A stretch of 63,940 bases of DNA, counting the filler, from Reticulomyxa filosa (lineage: Eukaryota > Protista > Foraminifera), in NCBI GenBank assembly GCA_000512085.1. It is 16 parts of 16 records of this genome, joined end to end, with 100 filler letters (N's around TTAATTAATTAA, not from the genome) between each part and the next. Parts side by side here need not be neighbours in the genome. Positions count along the whole stretch, not along the records: positions 32,177 to 39,810 come from ASPP01039443.1; positions 39,911 to 42,551 come from ASPP01036223.1; positions 42,652 to 44,551 come from ASPP01036446.1; positions 44,652 to 58,939 come from ASPP01020861.1; 12 more parts are not named here. One strand, 5' to 3'. The translations under genes were made by a program, and so were the position numbers. How positions within the stretch are numbered: position 1 is the stretch's first letter; every line of letters starts with the position of its first letter. Below the pieces are notes generated by a model. The model did no database searches, was not told the origin of the DNA, and saw only the letters and a list, made by a program, of their open reading frames with translations. Below, piece by piece: positions 39,068-52,309 of the stretch.

Positions 39068-39810
39068 ACAATAACAATAATAAAAATGACAATGCAACTA
39101 TTGACAATAACAACAGAGAAAATGCAACCAGCTATCAAATGAGCAAAAAATTAGCCAATAATTCAATGCAATTGAGCCGGAGGATGCCGAACAATCGACC
39201 GAAAGCGGCGTTGACGTATTCGTTTCAGCCGTCGAACAAGTTTCAATTGCTGCCGTCCGTGTTCCCTTTCGACAACCTATCATCCTCGACGGCAGCGTAC
39301 CACGCGGTCAATCCCGGGCATCCTTCCCACAGCTATCACGTGCAGCACAGCCAGTATCCCAGCGGCTATGCCAACTACGCCAGTCCAAACTTTAGCTACG
39401 CTCAGTACTATCCGTACTTTCAATACAACACGGGACAGCAGTACCCCGGAAGCGAGTATCCCCCGGTGGACTACAACTTCATGTGGCCCGCTCCAGGACA
39501 GCACACCACGCAGGCATTGGTCAAAGGTGGTGACATGGCGACCACAGAGGAGTGGATGCAGCCTTACAGCTACCCGTTTTACGATTGGCCCAATCAAGGA
39601 GGAGGAGTTTTTTATCCTACCAATGTCCACACGACCACAAGCAACACGATTGCAACCACGACAACACCAGCCACAACAGCTGCTACAACCAATACGACTA
39701 CAACTATGACTACGGCTACGACCACCACTATCAATCCTACTTTGACTACTTCTACTTCTACTTCTACTTCTACTACTACTACTAATAACAATAATAATAA
39801 TAATAATAAT
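37636..39810 (+). CDS. Low-complexity N/H/T/S-rich disordered protein, 3'-truncated
   Basis: Open frame of about 725 codons with (GQ)n, (GT)n, (NH)n, (NT)n, poly-T and poly-N tracts and a Y/P/Q-rich segment. Confidence 0.75.
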
Positions 39811-40599
39811 NNNNNNNNNNNNNNNNNNNNNNNNNNNNNNNNNNNNNNNNNNNNTTAATTAATTAANNNNNNNNNNNNNNNNNNNNNNNNNNNNNNNNNN
39901 NNNNNNNNNNTTTTTTCATATTTGTTATAGGAGCAATATCTCCTTTGCCGTATTCTGGAAAACTTCTAGAGGATAATAATCCTTTTTTACAAATTGATTT
40001 TTATATTATTGTTTTTAAATATTGAGAACAATAACAGAGAGCATGCTATCAACAAAAAAAAGCAAAATGAATCGATTTTTCCACATATATTTTTTCTATT
40101 ATCTATTATCACGAAAAAAGCTGATTCAACAATGAAACGGAGAGATACTCACAGCAAATTAACGAAAGAACAAAATATTTCATAAAGCAAATCCCTCCAA
40201 ATATCTGTATTATTTTTTCAAAGATTTATGTTGACACTAAATTGTTGAATAATGACCTTGTGGTATGCTTTAATTCGTTCAATGTGCCAATCACCGCTTA
40301 GAGACCAAGAAGAAATTTACTCTTATCACTTATTTCTCCTTAATTTTAATTAGATTGAACGAAGCTTCTCCAATTCTAATTTTGATATTATTTTATGATT
40401 AAATTTACAATCATATTCTAGCTTTCATTCTGTATTCCGCAACTTTTTTCAAATACAATTTTTGGCTGTAATAACCCAAGAAAAGAGTAAGTTATAATGT
40501 AAATTTAATCCATGTTGACAAACAACATATTAGTAATAATAATTTTTTTTTGTCACGACCCAAAGTCATATTACCTTACACAGCCCGGAACTCTTAAAC

Positions 40600-40860
40600 G
40601 CAGCAGCAGCAAAATAATGCGTTGTTATGACATTATTTTTGAAAGTAAGTTCTGCCAAGTTTTGCATGCAAACTTTTGCATCTCAAGAAACATCCACTCA
40701 CAACTCTTTTCTCCTTTTTTTGGTATGACAACAAGTTGCCATACTCTTGGCAAGTGTTGACAATATCTTCCTTAATGTCAAGGTATTCTATGTGGTCCTC
40801 GAGTTCTGATTCTTGATCCATATTAAGTAAAAGTATAATGCGACATGCAATGACAAATAT
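40600..40860 (-). pseudogene. U2AF65-like C-terminal UHM/RRM fragment
   Basis: CRIILLLNMDQESELEDHIEYLDIKEDIVNTCQEYGNLL, then after a frameshift VIPKKGEKSCEWMFLE. This follows the UHM pattern LxNM..EY.DI.ED...C..YG. Confidence 0.65.
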
Positions 40861-41062
40861 GAACATTCTGTATGTAGCAGTACATATAAGATCTTTTTAT
40901 TTTCGATGTGAGCATAGAGATTATTATGTAAACGATGGAATATTGCTCAATGTAAGCTATAATATTACAATTAATGATTGATTTTTGGTTATGTGATAAC
41001 ATGTAAAGTAATTATGCATGTTGGTCATATGTACGTATAGTTTGCAATGCAATGGTCCCACG

Positions 41063-41450
41063 CTATTTCAAACCGGTTTGCAATTGTGTGATTGTATTAT
41101 CAAACAAAGACACAATGAACATAAATTGTAGAAAGTAAAACGAAACTTGGAATAAACGCATATCAAATTTCAAGGACGGTCGTTCCGTTACAATATTAAA
41201 GATGACCACTATTGCAAATAAGTACTTGCACATCCCCCCATATGCAACTGTAGACCAATCAGAGAGGAGGATAAGTGGATGTATAATATATCCCAAAGCA
41301 GATCAATATCTATTGACCAAGCCATATGGCTGCCAGATAGATAAGCCGCTTGTTATTGGAGTCGTTGGGTGATTGTCCACATCAGTGGACTCTTTGCTCT
41401 TGGTTTTTTATCCTTTTCCAGTCCCAAAAATGTTGATGGCCGTTTACAAA
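41063..41450 (-). pseudogene. Degenerate membrane-protein fragment
   Basis: Hydrophobic ORF 41063-41296 with an in-frame stop upstream. Family not identified. Confidence 0.25.
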
Positions 41451-41624
41451 ATTGACAAAAGATTTTTGTGATAATTTTTTAAAAGTTGAAAAAAAATCAT
41501 AGGAAGCAGCAAAGTCAAATCGTTTCGCTTTGGTCGTTGCATTTTTAAAAATCTTTTAATACTGTGGAATATATTAATTTCACCAAATTTAATTTTAAAT
41601 GTTTAAAATAAACAAAATTTTTTT

Positions 41625-42551
41625 TTACAAAAAGAAGTAATCAAAGGCACTCCATATTTGCTGAGCTCTTTGTATTTCAATTTCTGAATATGTTTTATAA
41701 AGTGACGCAAATGTAAAAGGTCCAACTCCTCGAATATTAAGATATTTTGCATATTGATATTTTTTTGCTAAGGATGTGGCATTGTCAAACCATACTTGAA
41801 ATACTTGATTTGTATCATTAGAAAAAGATTCATACATATAATTAAAAAAAGGACTTTGAGTATTTATATCCCATCGAATTTCTGTATTATTTAATTGCTT
41901 ATCAATAATAGACATTATATCTGCAAAATCTTTTTCATTTCCTGCTGCATCACTACAATTATAACCACGAAATGGAACAAAACGAATTGGACAATATTTG
42001 CTAATTAAAGATTCCATTTCTGACATTTCACAAGAATAATTATATCCATAAAATGGAATTCCAAGAATAAGTTTATTTTTATCAACTCCAATCTCTAAAT
42101 ATCCATCTAAACCTTGTTTTGTTGTATAATAAGGAGAATTAGCTCCAGCAATACATGTATCCAATATTTGTGAACGAGTATCATAATCCATCACATATAA
42201 CAAATCAGATACTTGTCCCAATGATAAATAATCATATTCTCTTCCATCAATATTATAAGGACTCCATGCTACACATACACTTATCTATAAATACATATCA
42301 CAATCGTTTTTACACAAAATAATAATAATAAAAAGAACATACATACTTGAGAATATGGATTTTTGGAATGAAAGTATAGAGTGGTTTGATTGACAACATG
42401 TGTATACCAATCATACATAAATGCAGTTAAATTCATTGGACTTTCGTAATCAAATGATAAACCATCAAAATAATTTGATGATGTTAATTCATATATTGAT
42501 TCAATCCATTCTTGCAATGCTGTTTCATTCCCATCTGTTGGAACTATTTTC
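41625..42551 (-). CDS. CTBS: GH18 di-N-acetylchitobiase-like glycosidase, 5'-partial
   Basis: FDGLSFDYESP catalytic motif; NPYSQ, intron, ISVCVAWSPYNIDGREYDY..YVMDYDTRSQI..CIAGANSP..LILGIPFYGYNYSC..PFRGYNCSDAAG..QVWFDNATSLAKKY. Confidence 0.9.
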
Positions 42552-43249
42552 NNNNNNNNNNNNNNNNNNNNNNNNNNNNNNNNNNNNNNNNNNNNTTAAT
42601 TAATTAANNNNNNNNNNNNNNNNNNNNNNNNNNNNNNNNNNNNNNNNNNNNGGGGGGTAACCACGTTAGTATTGACATACGAACTTTGAAAGGCAATGCT
42701 ATTGCTAAGGTCGATGCCTTATACTTCCAACAGCCAAGTTTGCACGACGTAGTCGACTCCCAAGGAAGCATCTGTCATCAAGTGCAGTATTTCGACGGAC
42801 ATTTGCACGTCGTTGCCACATTGCAACACGACACGCGTGCGCGTCGGGCACGTGATGATAGTCATACATTGACCACAGTCGTACTGATTGTCACCCGATC
42901 GCCTTTAACCTTGCCCTCCATCAGCATTTTGCTAATGTTCGTCACTGTGTCCAACAGCAAGCTAGTAGCTGCGTCTTTCGGCGACGTACTCGAACTCACT
43001 GTAGTAATCGACGTTTGCGTATTGCCTCCATCTTTCTTTGCGATAAATGATTGAACTTCACCACGTTCCTCAGACAGCTCACGCCAGATAACCCTTGCAC
43101 TGTAGTCCAAAGGCAGCTGATACTGCTCATATATAATAAATGTCCTGATCCCCTTTCCAGCATTCGTTTTTTACCCAATTCTTCGTGGATGTCAATGCAT
43201 TCCCCAACATAAACGCATACAATGACATCCATTTTTGAACCGAAGCTTT

Positions 43250-44480
43250 TGAGCTGTTAGTTGCTAATTGACTTATAGGATGCTGCATATTCCTCATTTA
43301 ATACTTCTTCCTGCTTTTTGACACAAGTGGTCTTCTTCTTGTTAAGCAGTTCTCATTCTTTTTTTTTTTAATTTTTTTTTATTATTATCGATCATTCCAC
43401 TTCCGCTTTATCTTTGTCATCATCGTCTTCCACCTTTTCGTTTACCGGATCAATCCTTTTTTTTCTTGTTTTAAAAAAGAAAAAAAAAAACAACACTTCA
43501 ACTCCACCCGTATGTACGTATATCTAAAAACAGATAAACAAAAACATTTTCTTCTTCTTTGATTATTAACAAGTTCATCGGAAAAACTAAAAATTGCTAG
43601 TGTTTTAACATCTTTTACAGTTTTCTCTTTATAGAGTTTGCGCAGTCATCTTTTAAGTAAAAGTATAAATCAGTTCCCCGTTTTATCTTGTACAGGTTAT
43701 CGCTCTCATTACGAACCCTGACATTGCGCTTGCTGTACTTTCCACACGTATTGTTCGCCATCATCATGTTTTTTCTCACTATCACGCGCTCACTGACCAA
43801 ATAGTCAATTTAAAACCCAACACTAAACTGTCATATTCTAAAAATTTCTGCTCCTACAGATATTGCTTTCATAAATTGTTTGCGCCACTTCGTGAAATTG
43901 TTCCAATGTTTTTTACAAGCTCTTTCGTCATCCCGATCCCAGTATCTATCATTATCAACAACTTTTCATCGGTATCGGTAAAATTTCAAATTTAAGTTCT
44001 TTATCATCATCAAACACTTCGGGGTTCGTTAATGACTATCATCTTATTTTTAGCTCATCACTAGTATTTGCTATTAACTCTATCAAAATTTCATCAGAGC
44101 AAAATAGCATTAATAGCTAAACTATTTTTTTTATCATAAGTATGTGTTTGTGTTTTTTTTATCCACATATTTTTTTTTAGTTATACGTACATACGTTTTT
44201 TTTTTTGCGAAATCTTCTCGTAAAGAAATTTCTTAAAAAAAAAATACTACATCAGTTGTGCGATATCCACGTTAAATTGAAATATCTCAGTTTCTCAGTT
44301 AGACTTCCAATGTTCTTTGTTTCTATTTCTTCTTATGTCTTAGTTTTTTTCTGTACATCTTCGTTTTTTGCATGTTCTGCTTCATTCGTTGAAGTAAACG
44401 ACGTTTCTTCTTGCTGATGTTTTTCATCATTTACATTTTCTGTTGTGTGCTTGGGTGGGCTTTCATTACTCTCACTCATT
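43250..44480 (-). pseudogene. HSP90: HSP90 pseudogene (N-terminal ATPase and linker region), heavily decayed
   Basis: Across shifting frames: ELIANTSDELKIR, SLTNPEVFDDDKELK, IDTGIGMTK, FMKAISVGAE, LVSERVIV, IKRGTDLYFYLKDD, charged linker, EELLNKKK, EEYAASYKSISN. Many stops. Confidence 0.85.
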
Positions 44481-44954
44481 TTTTTTTTTAGATCAACAGC
44501 AATTATTTTTCACAATTAACGATTGAACAACAAGCAAGCTTTAAAAAAGAANNNNNNNNNNNNNNNNNNNNNNNNNNNNNNNNNNNNNNNNNNNNTTAAT
44601 TAATTAANNNNNNNNNNNNNNNNNNNNNNNNNNNNNNNNNNNNNNNNNNNNCCACACATTACGACAACAAAAAAGCCTCGCAACCCACCCACGCGAATTT
44701 CCACATGATACCACCTTCCGCATCCACACATGACGGTATGCCCACCACGACAGGCCATAAAGTGATGCCTTTGGCATCCTCGACCGTTGTTCCACACGCC
44801 ATAGCGCCAGTTTTGACTTTTTAAGTTTTTTTTTTTTTTTTTTGGTCCATTTCGATTTTTTTTTTCCTCTTTTGAAATCGACATCCTGGGCAAAGCTTTC
44901 AAACAAAAGACCAATTGTGTTGAATAACAAACAACGACAACACTACCTATCAAG

Positions 44955-47336
44955 ATGTCTACAAGTTCGATCGATCGTCCAAAATTGGTGGAAGAGCTCG
45001 CCGCCATTTCGTCAACCGCCGAAGCCGAAAAAAATTCGTCACAGCACTGGCAACCTGTACAGAGTCAATGTCAAACAAATAGTTGTAGCATTATCAATTC
45101 CAACGAAAGTGAACATTCGCATCACCATAGTCACAGTCACAGTCACGGTCATAATAACCACAGCAATTATAATCATAATTATGCTCACAACCATAACCAT
45201 AGTTATAATAATCATAACCATAACCATAATCATAATTACAATTATAATCATCACAACCAACCCAGCAAAGAGTTGCAAACACTGTTGTTCAAGATAGCCC
45301 CGGGGGTGGGTATATTGGAGTTTTTGCAAAAACAAAAAAATGCGAGTTTGCAAAGACAGTCCCAGATGGAAACGGCCATGGGCGAAAGCGATACGCATTC
45401 CATTTCGTATCCGTTCATTGTTAATATTGGTAATAGCGACAATGCAAATGATCTCGCCGACGCGACCAAATTGAATGCAAACGCTGGGAGCATTCCCACT
45501 TCGAATTACGCGAGAGCCGACAGCACAACGACTTCCACGCCCACGTCCACGCCAACAGCTACTTCTACGTCGACCGCCTTAGGTGCAACTGCAGGTACAG
45601 TTCCAGTTTCGGTCTCGATTTCGTCTACGCCCACAACTACAACTACAGCAACAACTACAGCAACAACTACAGCCACAACCATAACCACAATTGCGGCCAC
45701 AGGCACAGCCACTGCCCCGGCAACAGCTACTGCCACAGCCACAGGTATAACCGCAGGTACAGTCATAAGTACAGCTGCAGGTACAAACGCAGCAACAACA
45801 GGTACGGCAACAGCCGCTACTTTGCTGTCATTGATACCTGCTGCTACTAATACGGCAATTGGTCAGGTCGTACCTCATTCTCAATCTATCACGTCGGTAT
45901 CTAATGCTACGTCTTCTTGTCCTACATCCCAATTGAATATGCCAAAGTTTTTCTTGTCCAACCAACAGCTACGACCCGCCACTATTGTGTCTTCCTCCTC
46001 CACGAGGTCTTTAGGCATTCCCAATGTGACCACCACTTTGACAAATTCTTCCTCTGCTCAACCTGTCGTCATTCGACTTGATACCAGCAACACTACAGCT
46101 GCTACTGTCAACATCACTTGCAACCACAATACTGCCAACGCAAATGCGCAAATGTGGAACCAGGCCAATACTGGTGCTCTCAGTGTCCCGTTTCCTTTTA
46201 TTTCCAATTGTAACAAAAATGATACACACACTTCGGCCCCAAAGGTAGGCTTTTGGCTGAAAGAACATACAAAACATTCTTATGTATATAGCATATACGT
46301 ATACGCAAATAAATAATAAACATATATGTATGTATATGCTTATGTATGTATATGTTCATAACAGTGTTCAATTTGAATTTTTTGAAGCTTAGTTTTTCAT
46401 ATTGTTGCTATGTGCTTCAGGATAGGATCAGATTTAATGAGACAAACAAACGCATTCAATCTCCTCCTTTGCCTGCAATGGAACCTTCCGTCTTGACATC
46501 GGCGATGCCGTTGAATATCAATTCGGCAAGTTCCTCCTCCTCCTCTGGTAATGACGCAATCAATGTCGTTGACAATGGCCACGTTCGGAATAACGATATT
46601 AGTGTGGACAATGTTGGCAGTCGCTGGGTGTATGGACTGAAAATAGGCCAGGAGTTGACACAATGCAAACAGTGGCTGGAACAGCTCATGAACGACACAA
46701 ACTTGGCTTTCATTCGAGAAACAAGTTATTTTGGTGATAATATCAATTTCAAGAAAATTCATGACAAACTTTGCAACAACGAATACAAGAGTGTCTTTTA
46801 CGTTTTTCATGATTTGCAAAAACTGTGGGGGTCCATTGTCTCCAGGCTTCCTGTCGTTACGTTTTTGTTTTTTTTTTTTTATGGACGAATCCTACAATTG
46901 AATGATTTTTTTTAAAATTCTAATTTGTGCATTGGATAGAATAATTCCGCTGCTGGACGTCTTGCGTCTGGTGAAGAGAAACGATTGTATGAAAAGCAGG
47001 AAGAAATACTTGGGGTAAGTAGAGCTTTTTTTTTACTACACAATACACAGCAAAACAACACAAAATATTTTGTGTATATGTTTTGTTTCTCAGAATCCAC
47101 TTTGCTGGGAACCGGAGCGTGTAAGAGAATGGTGGATTTGCAATAATTGTTGTGAAACCGATGGAGAAAAGATTGTGTCATCTCAAATAAATGGTGAAAA
47201 ATTTGTAAACATTGTCAAAGATCCAGTCGAATTTGAAAAAATTTTTTCTCATTCGATGAATGTCTACGAGAAAGTAAGAGGCCATATCATCCAGTGGGTC
47301 GAAAATCCACATTGCTATAGACGATATTTACTGTAA
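44955..47336 (+). CDS. Low-complexity protein with a divergent C-terminal bromodomain-like domain (4 exons)
   Basis: CKQWLEQLMND..INFKKIHDKLCNNEYKSVFYVFHDLQKLW follows the bromodomain MDL..I..KL....Y.S...F..D pattern. GT-AG introns near 46245-46420, 46856-46939 and 47015-47093. Confidence 0.7.
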
Positions 47337-48140
47337 CAATGTTTGCTGTTGTATTACACTCACTTGCTATGTTTAAAAACGTTTTTATTTTTTTTTGAAA
47401 ATTTGACTTTGTCATATCACGCCTTTTTTTTGTCGGCCATCTTCACAAAGACTATTTCTATTGCACAATCGCCAGTTGTATTGTAATTAGAACCTAATTG
47501 ACTTTCCCAAATATTTCGGGATTTTCTTCAAATTAGATTTCTCACAGAAATGTAAACTCAAAAAGTAAACGACAGCCGCTTTAGTGTTGACGTGATATGC
47601 TGATTTGACAGAGCAATCCTTTTTTTAGTGCTCGGAATTAATGTGGACAGCTCAAAAAGATCTGAGGCAGCCATGAGCACATAAAACCTCTTGTTTACTG
47701 TTTCTAGCAATCAAAATGATTCAAAAGTAGAATATTGTCGGATACCAAAGAAATTGTACGAGCATAGGGCAAAGTTTTAACGGAACCTTGAAACTCGTTC
47801 TTGCCAGACTTTTCTCGTTTTAGCTATTATTTTCGTTGATGTTGCTCAAGAGTAAATATTTGCTTACATTTTTTGCTTACAGAGTCCTTCTCTTTACCGG
47901 TGATTGTTTCGAAAGGTGATATAAAATTAGTGTTCATGAGAATGTGTTTCTTTTCTTGTTAAAATTGAAAAGACTAAGATTACCTTAAAGTTTATCGTAA
48001 GAGCTATTTTCAACTTGGATATTATCGTTACTAAAAAACGTGACAACAAAAACTTATTACTGAGAAAGTTTTTTCGTTGTTGTCTACTTCAAGAACAACG
48101 TTCAAGCCCCACGACAATTTTAATAAAATTTTATGTAAGA

Positions 48141-49422
48141 ATGGCAATGCAAGAAGGACCTAGCAACACTCATCACAAAAAGAATCCATTTCCAAATACT
48201 CCTTTGACTCAAAAGCTTCTCATTGACACAGCGGTGTCAGCATTTGCTGGGTTTTCTTTGTCGTTGGTGATGGCGCCCATTGACGGGGCAGTTATCGAAC
48301 GTATGAGTGGTAAGGCATCAGTGGCCTCGAGTTTTTCCCGTAGCTTCAAGGAGATTTTAACGAAGTTATATATATTTGTTGTCTGTTTCATGCAATGAAG
48401 AAAACAGTGTGGTTTACGTTAAGAAAGAGCACAAGTGAATGGGGAGAGGGGTGAGGACACTCGCAGGGTTGGAGGAAAATGGTTCAAAGTTTTTTCATTT
48501 TTTCTTCGTCCCCCTTTTCGCATTGTCAATTTTCCTCAAGAATGGTTTTCCTTGTGGAACTTACAAGAGATTTTTAAAGAACAGTACAAGATAATCTTGC
48601 ACCGAAACAACACACCAAAAAAAAAAAAGACCTCACGAATACGTACGTATGCAACAATTTCGAGCAGTTGGGATCACATATGGTTCGACATTGCTGGCAA
48701 AAAATTTTACCGAAACGTTGTGTATCACAACTAATCAAACTGCTGAAAAGACAGCATTTTGGGAATTTTGGTTTGTATTCGCGGTCAATAGCGGCCTTTC
48801 TATATTTTACAAAGACCCAATCTTGACAAAGAAATTTGGGATCAAGCTACCATCCAACTTACCCGCAACCTCGTATCTATGGTGGGCTGCTCGTGATAGC
48901 ATCCATGCCTATGGCATGTCACCCTAATTGTTTTATTTTTTTTGTCTTGATTCTGTCTGATCGTAAATTAATAAACAAAAAATTTGTATACTTCCACATT
49001 AAAAAAAAAAAAGGAGCAATTGTGTTACCAGATTATTTGGAAAAGTTTAGTCGGCAAATTTTTTTTGTTTTTGTCTACGTTAAATCTACGAAAATTTAAC
49101 TGGTTAATTTTGTTTTGCTTTGGGGTCGGCACAACATATAAGGCGCTATGATTTAACGCGTCACCAGTGGCGACTTGCACAGGTGTCGTTTCCACTGCTG
49201 GTGCAGCTTGTGACAACACCTTGCCATTTGATCGGTTTGGATTATTACAATCAGCCACAATCGTCTTTTTGGGGACGCTTGTGCCGGATGGTTTCGAAAA
49301 TTCCCGTTTCCATTTCATTGCGGATGTCGCGGATGTTTATTGCTTGGAGCATTGGACTTCAAATTAATCGTGATATGAGAAATTATTATCTCGAGAAAGC
49401 ATCAACAAAAGAAACAATGTAA
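48141..49422 (+). CDS. Conserved putative mitochondrial membrane protein (C365.16-like; carrier/sideroflexin-like), 4 exons
   Basis: APIDGAVIERMSG..TYGSTLLAKN..VNSGLSIFYKD..SYLWWAARD..QLVTTPCHLIGLDYYN..RMFIAWSIGLQIN. Introns 48365-48629, 48914-49013 (GC-AG) and ~49045-49142. Confidence 0.75.
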
Positions 49423-50199
49423 CAAAAAAAAGGCGTGTCTGTTCATGTTGTGTGAAGTTGTGTCTATTTTGGGTGTTTTGTTTTGTTGCGACGGACCATT
49501 TTGGACTGTCTTTGAGTGTGACGGTTAGTGTGTTTTTCCTCTCTTGTCATAAAAAAGAAGCCTTTAGTCAAACTCTAAACTTTCAACCTACTGCTTTGCA
49601 TCGCTGTAAAATGCACCTGCGTTAAGTACATGATATTTGGCTAGCTTTTGGGTCTTTCTAATAAAAAAATGACGGTGAAGTGAGAATCTTTTTTTTTGCT
49701 AGGTGTGCTTGTGTTATTTTTTTTAATGTGCCAACTTAGATGCGTTGCATACATCTACTTTTTTAATATAAAGTTCACATCAAGCAAAAAACCTTCATTT
49801 TGTAAAATTTATTTTTTATGTTATTAACTTAAAAAGATCGCATCAGATTAAGTTTGCAGGAGAGAACGCAAATCTAATTATACCAAATGCTATTGAAGAC
49901 ATTTTCCAGAAAAAAATATATATTTGTTGATAGCTACTAAAATTAGAAATTAACATTTCAAAGAATTTTCCACAATTTGATTTCTATAAATCGAAAAAAG
50001 CATTGCAAAAATTAATATTTTTCAAAAATTTAGTTAAACAACCTCAATTATTGAGCGACAAGCTTTATCGCCTTATAGGAAAAAATCTTATGAGCATGCT
50101 TTGTAATTAAAACTTAACAGCAGCAAAAAATTACATTTTCTGAAGGTTTGTAGTGGTTCAAAACTGCCCCTCAAACAAAACAGGTCTGTTATCACAAAG

Positions 50200-51500
50200 A
50201 TTGAATATCGTGTTTGCCTGAATGGAGTAGTGGTTATGGATGTTTCCAGATGATTTGTGGAATTGGGAAGCAGTGTGGGAGTTCCTGTTTCGTGGATGAA
50301 GTCAGACGTTAATTATTATTGTTGTTCAAATGTGTTGTGATAACTGGTCGCATATTGTGAATAATAAATATTTGCGTGCTATGGGCGTACCCGATAAGTA
50401 GAGAGATAGTCAACCCCCGAGCCAAGTCGATGACAACACGAGTATTATCGGTGGTTTTGCATTTGCAGGGTATGTGGCAGGCGTTCATTCATAATGAGAG
50501 TACAATTGGCCTCCCATCACAGTCTGTTATCGGGCATTGCAACCTTGGTAAGCAGATCGTGGAATGGTTGATGCATATTTTCCACCACTTTTTGACGCCT
50601 ACAATTTTATGTGTTCGGCTGACAGCGGTCGTTTCAACTGAATTCACTTGCCGATGGAGTTATATATTTCTTTCTACTCTTTACTATACATTTTCTTTTG
50701 CTATCTAATAAATAGATTGGATGTGCAGTATGGATTGTTATTGTCATTGTCACGAGATTTGGTTCAATGCGCACCCTTTGCAAATTTTTTGTTGGACGTG
50801 CGTTTTTGTCCCTTGTGCTGTTTTCCTGACTTTTTTTCCCCTCCCCCTTTTGGAATCCTTTTTTGAAATGTTGTTGTTTGTACGTATCCTCTTCGTAAAT
50901 GTATTTTTAAGTTATTTTGTTGTTATTGAAATTTGGTTATGTATATTGGCTCTAACATCAGCGTGGCTATCTATTCCTCAAGCCATGTGGCGTCATGAGT
51001 TTTGTTCATTTTATTTTATGCTTTAGTCTTCATTTAATTGTCTGTGATGTTTGCTTTCATTAACTAATCACATCTCGCAAGGTCTTTGTTTGTTTGCTTT
51101 ATTTCGAATAGTATTTCAAACCTGGATATTTTCGTTCCTGAGTTTATGGTTATTGATGGCTCCGGTTTATTGTTTTGTTGATTGTTTTTTTCCATTACTA
51201 TTTGATTGTTTGAATGTTTGTGGATTTTTCCCCAAATTAATTGGATTCCTTTTCTTTTTTCCAATTATTTTTAAGATACTTTTCATTTGAAAATGACCTG
51301 CCAGCATCTTCGGATCAATCGCATAAACTACGTCTTGAGATACACCTTTTTTTTTTTTGTGTTGCGGCTGGACATCGCATCTACTAAATTGAACAAGATT
51401 ATAGGATATGTTTCCTATCTTTTGTAATGGAAAAGTAATAATAACACATTTATAACACACTTTTGCGTTACTGGATCTAGGCATATTTACGTGGACTTTT
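50200..51500 (-). pseudogene. Degenerate unidentified coding-like region
   Basis: Minus strand gives N/Q/K-rich peptide fragments interrupted by frequent stops. Confidence 0.25.
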
Positions 51501-52094
51501 CACTCCAACTATATACGTATACACATACGTGCATAAATGCTGTGCGTATAGAAAAAGAAGATAGAGGGAGGACCTATCTTAGGGTGCACAGACGGAAAAA
51601 AAATAACCTTTAAATGGGGAAGGTGCAGCTATCAAGAGAAGAGACGCTGGTACAAATATTTCAATGATAATGAGACGACTAGCACAAAAGATATCGTGCT
51701 CTACGACACCTAAAACAATTCCATTCACACTGTTGCATTAGCTCTCGCTGTCTAGAATACAGTAACGCCATTTGACTCTCCCAAGACGAGCAAAACAAGG
51801 ACGTCGAGTACAACGTTCGACAACTACAACTTCAAAACCTTTCGTTATGCTTCCTCACTTGTTTTTTTTTGACGAGTTTCTGCAGCTACTTTTCAAAATC
51901 TTGATAAAATAACAATTGAAATAAAGTAAGAGAATAGACACAAATTTTTTTCCTTTAAAATTCGATACTAATGTCTCGTCTTGTTACAAGAGATAAACAA
52001 AATGAGAAAATAATTTCATTATTTCAAAATAGTTTTGACTTTATAACAAACAAACTTTTACAAAACTTTGCTTGCAAACGTTTCAAATTAATAA

Positions 52095-52309
52095 ATTTGT
52101 AAAAAAATTTTAAAAAGTGTTATGTAAGTACTTGTTTCAGCACATGTTATAAATATAAAATTTTATTATAATTTTATCTTAAATTGTTATAAATTTTATT
52201 GTAATTTATTTGCAGATATAAAAATTTTGTTTTTAAAAAATTTACTTTTATTTCAATTAAAGTTTTTTGTACATTTATAACACTTTTTTTAACTGCTTTT
52301 TTTACAAAT
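52095..52309. repeat. Imperfect AT-rich inverted repeat (MITE-like)
   Basis: Left arm atttgtaaaaaaa..aaaaagtgttatgtaagtac versus right arm gtacatttataacacttttttt..ttttttacaaat. Confidence 0.4.

Noticed and set aside
37964-39142. Antisense and alternative-frame ORFs rich in poly-L, V, C, I or M
   Set aside because: Shadows of microsatellite codons in the real + strand ORF; the same applies at 45039-45766.
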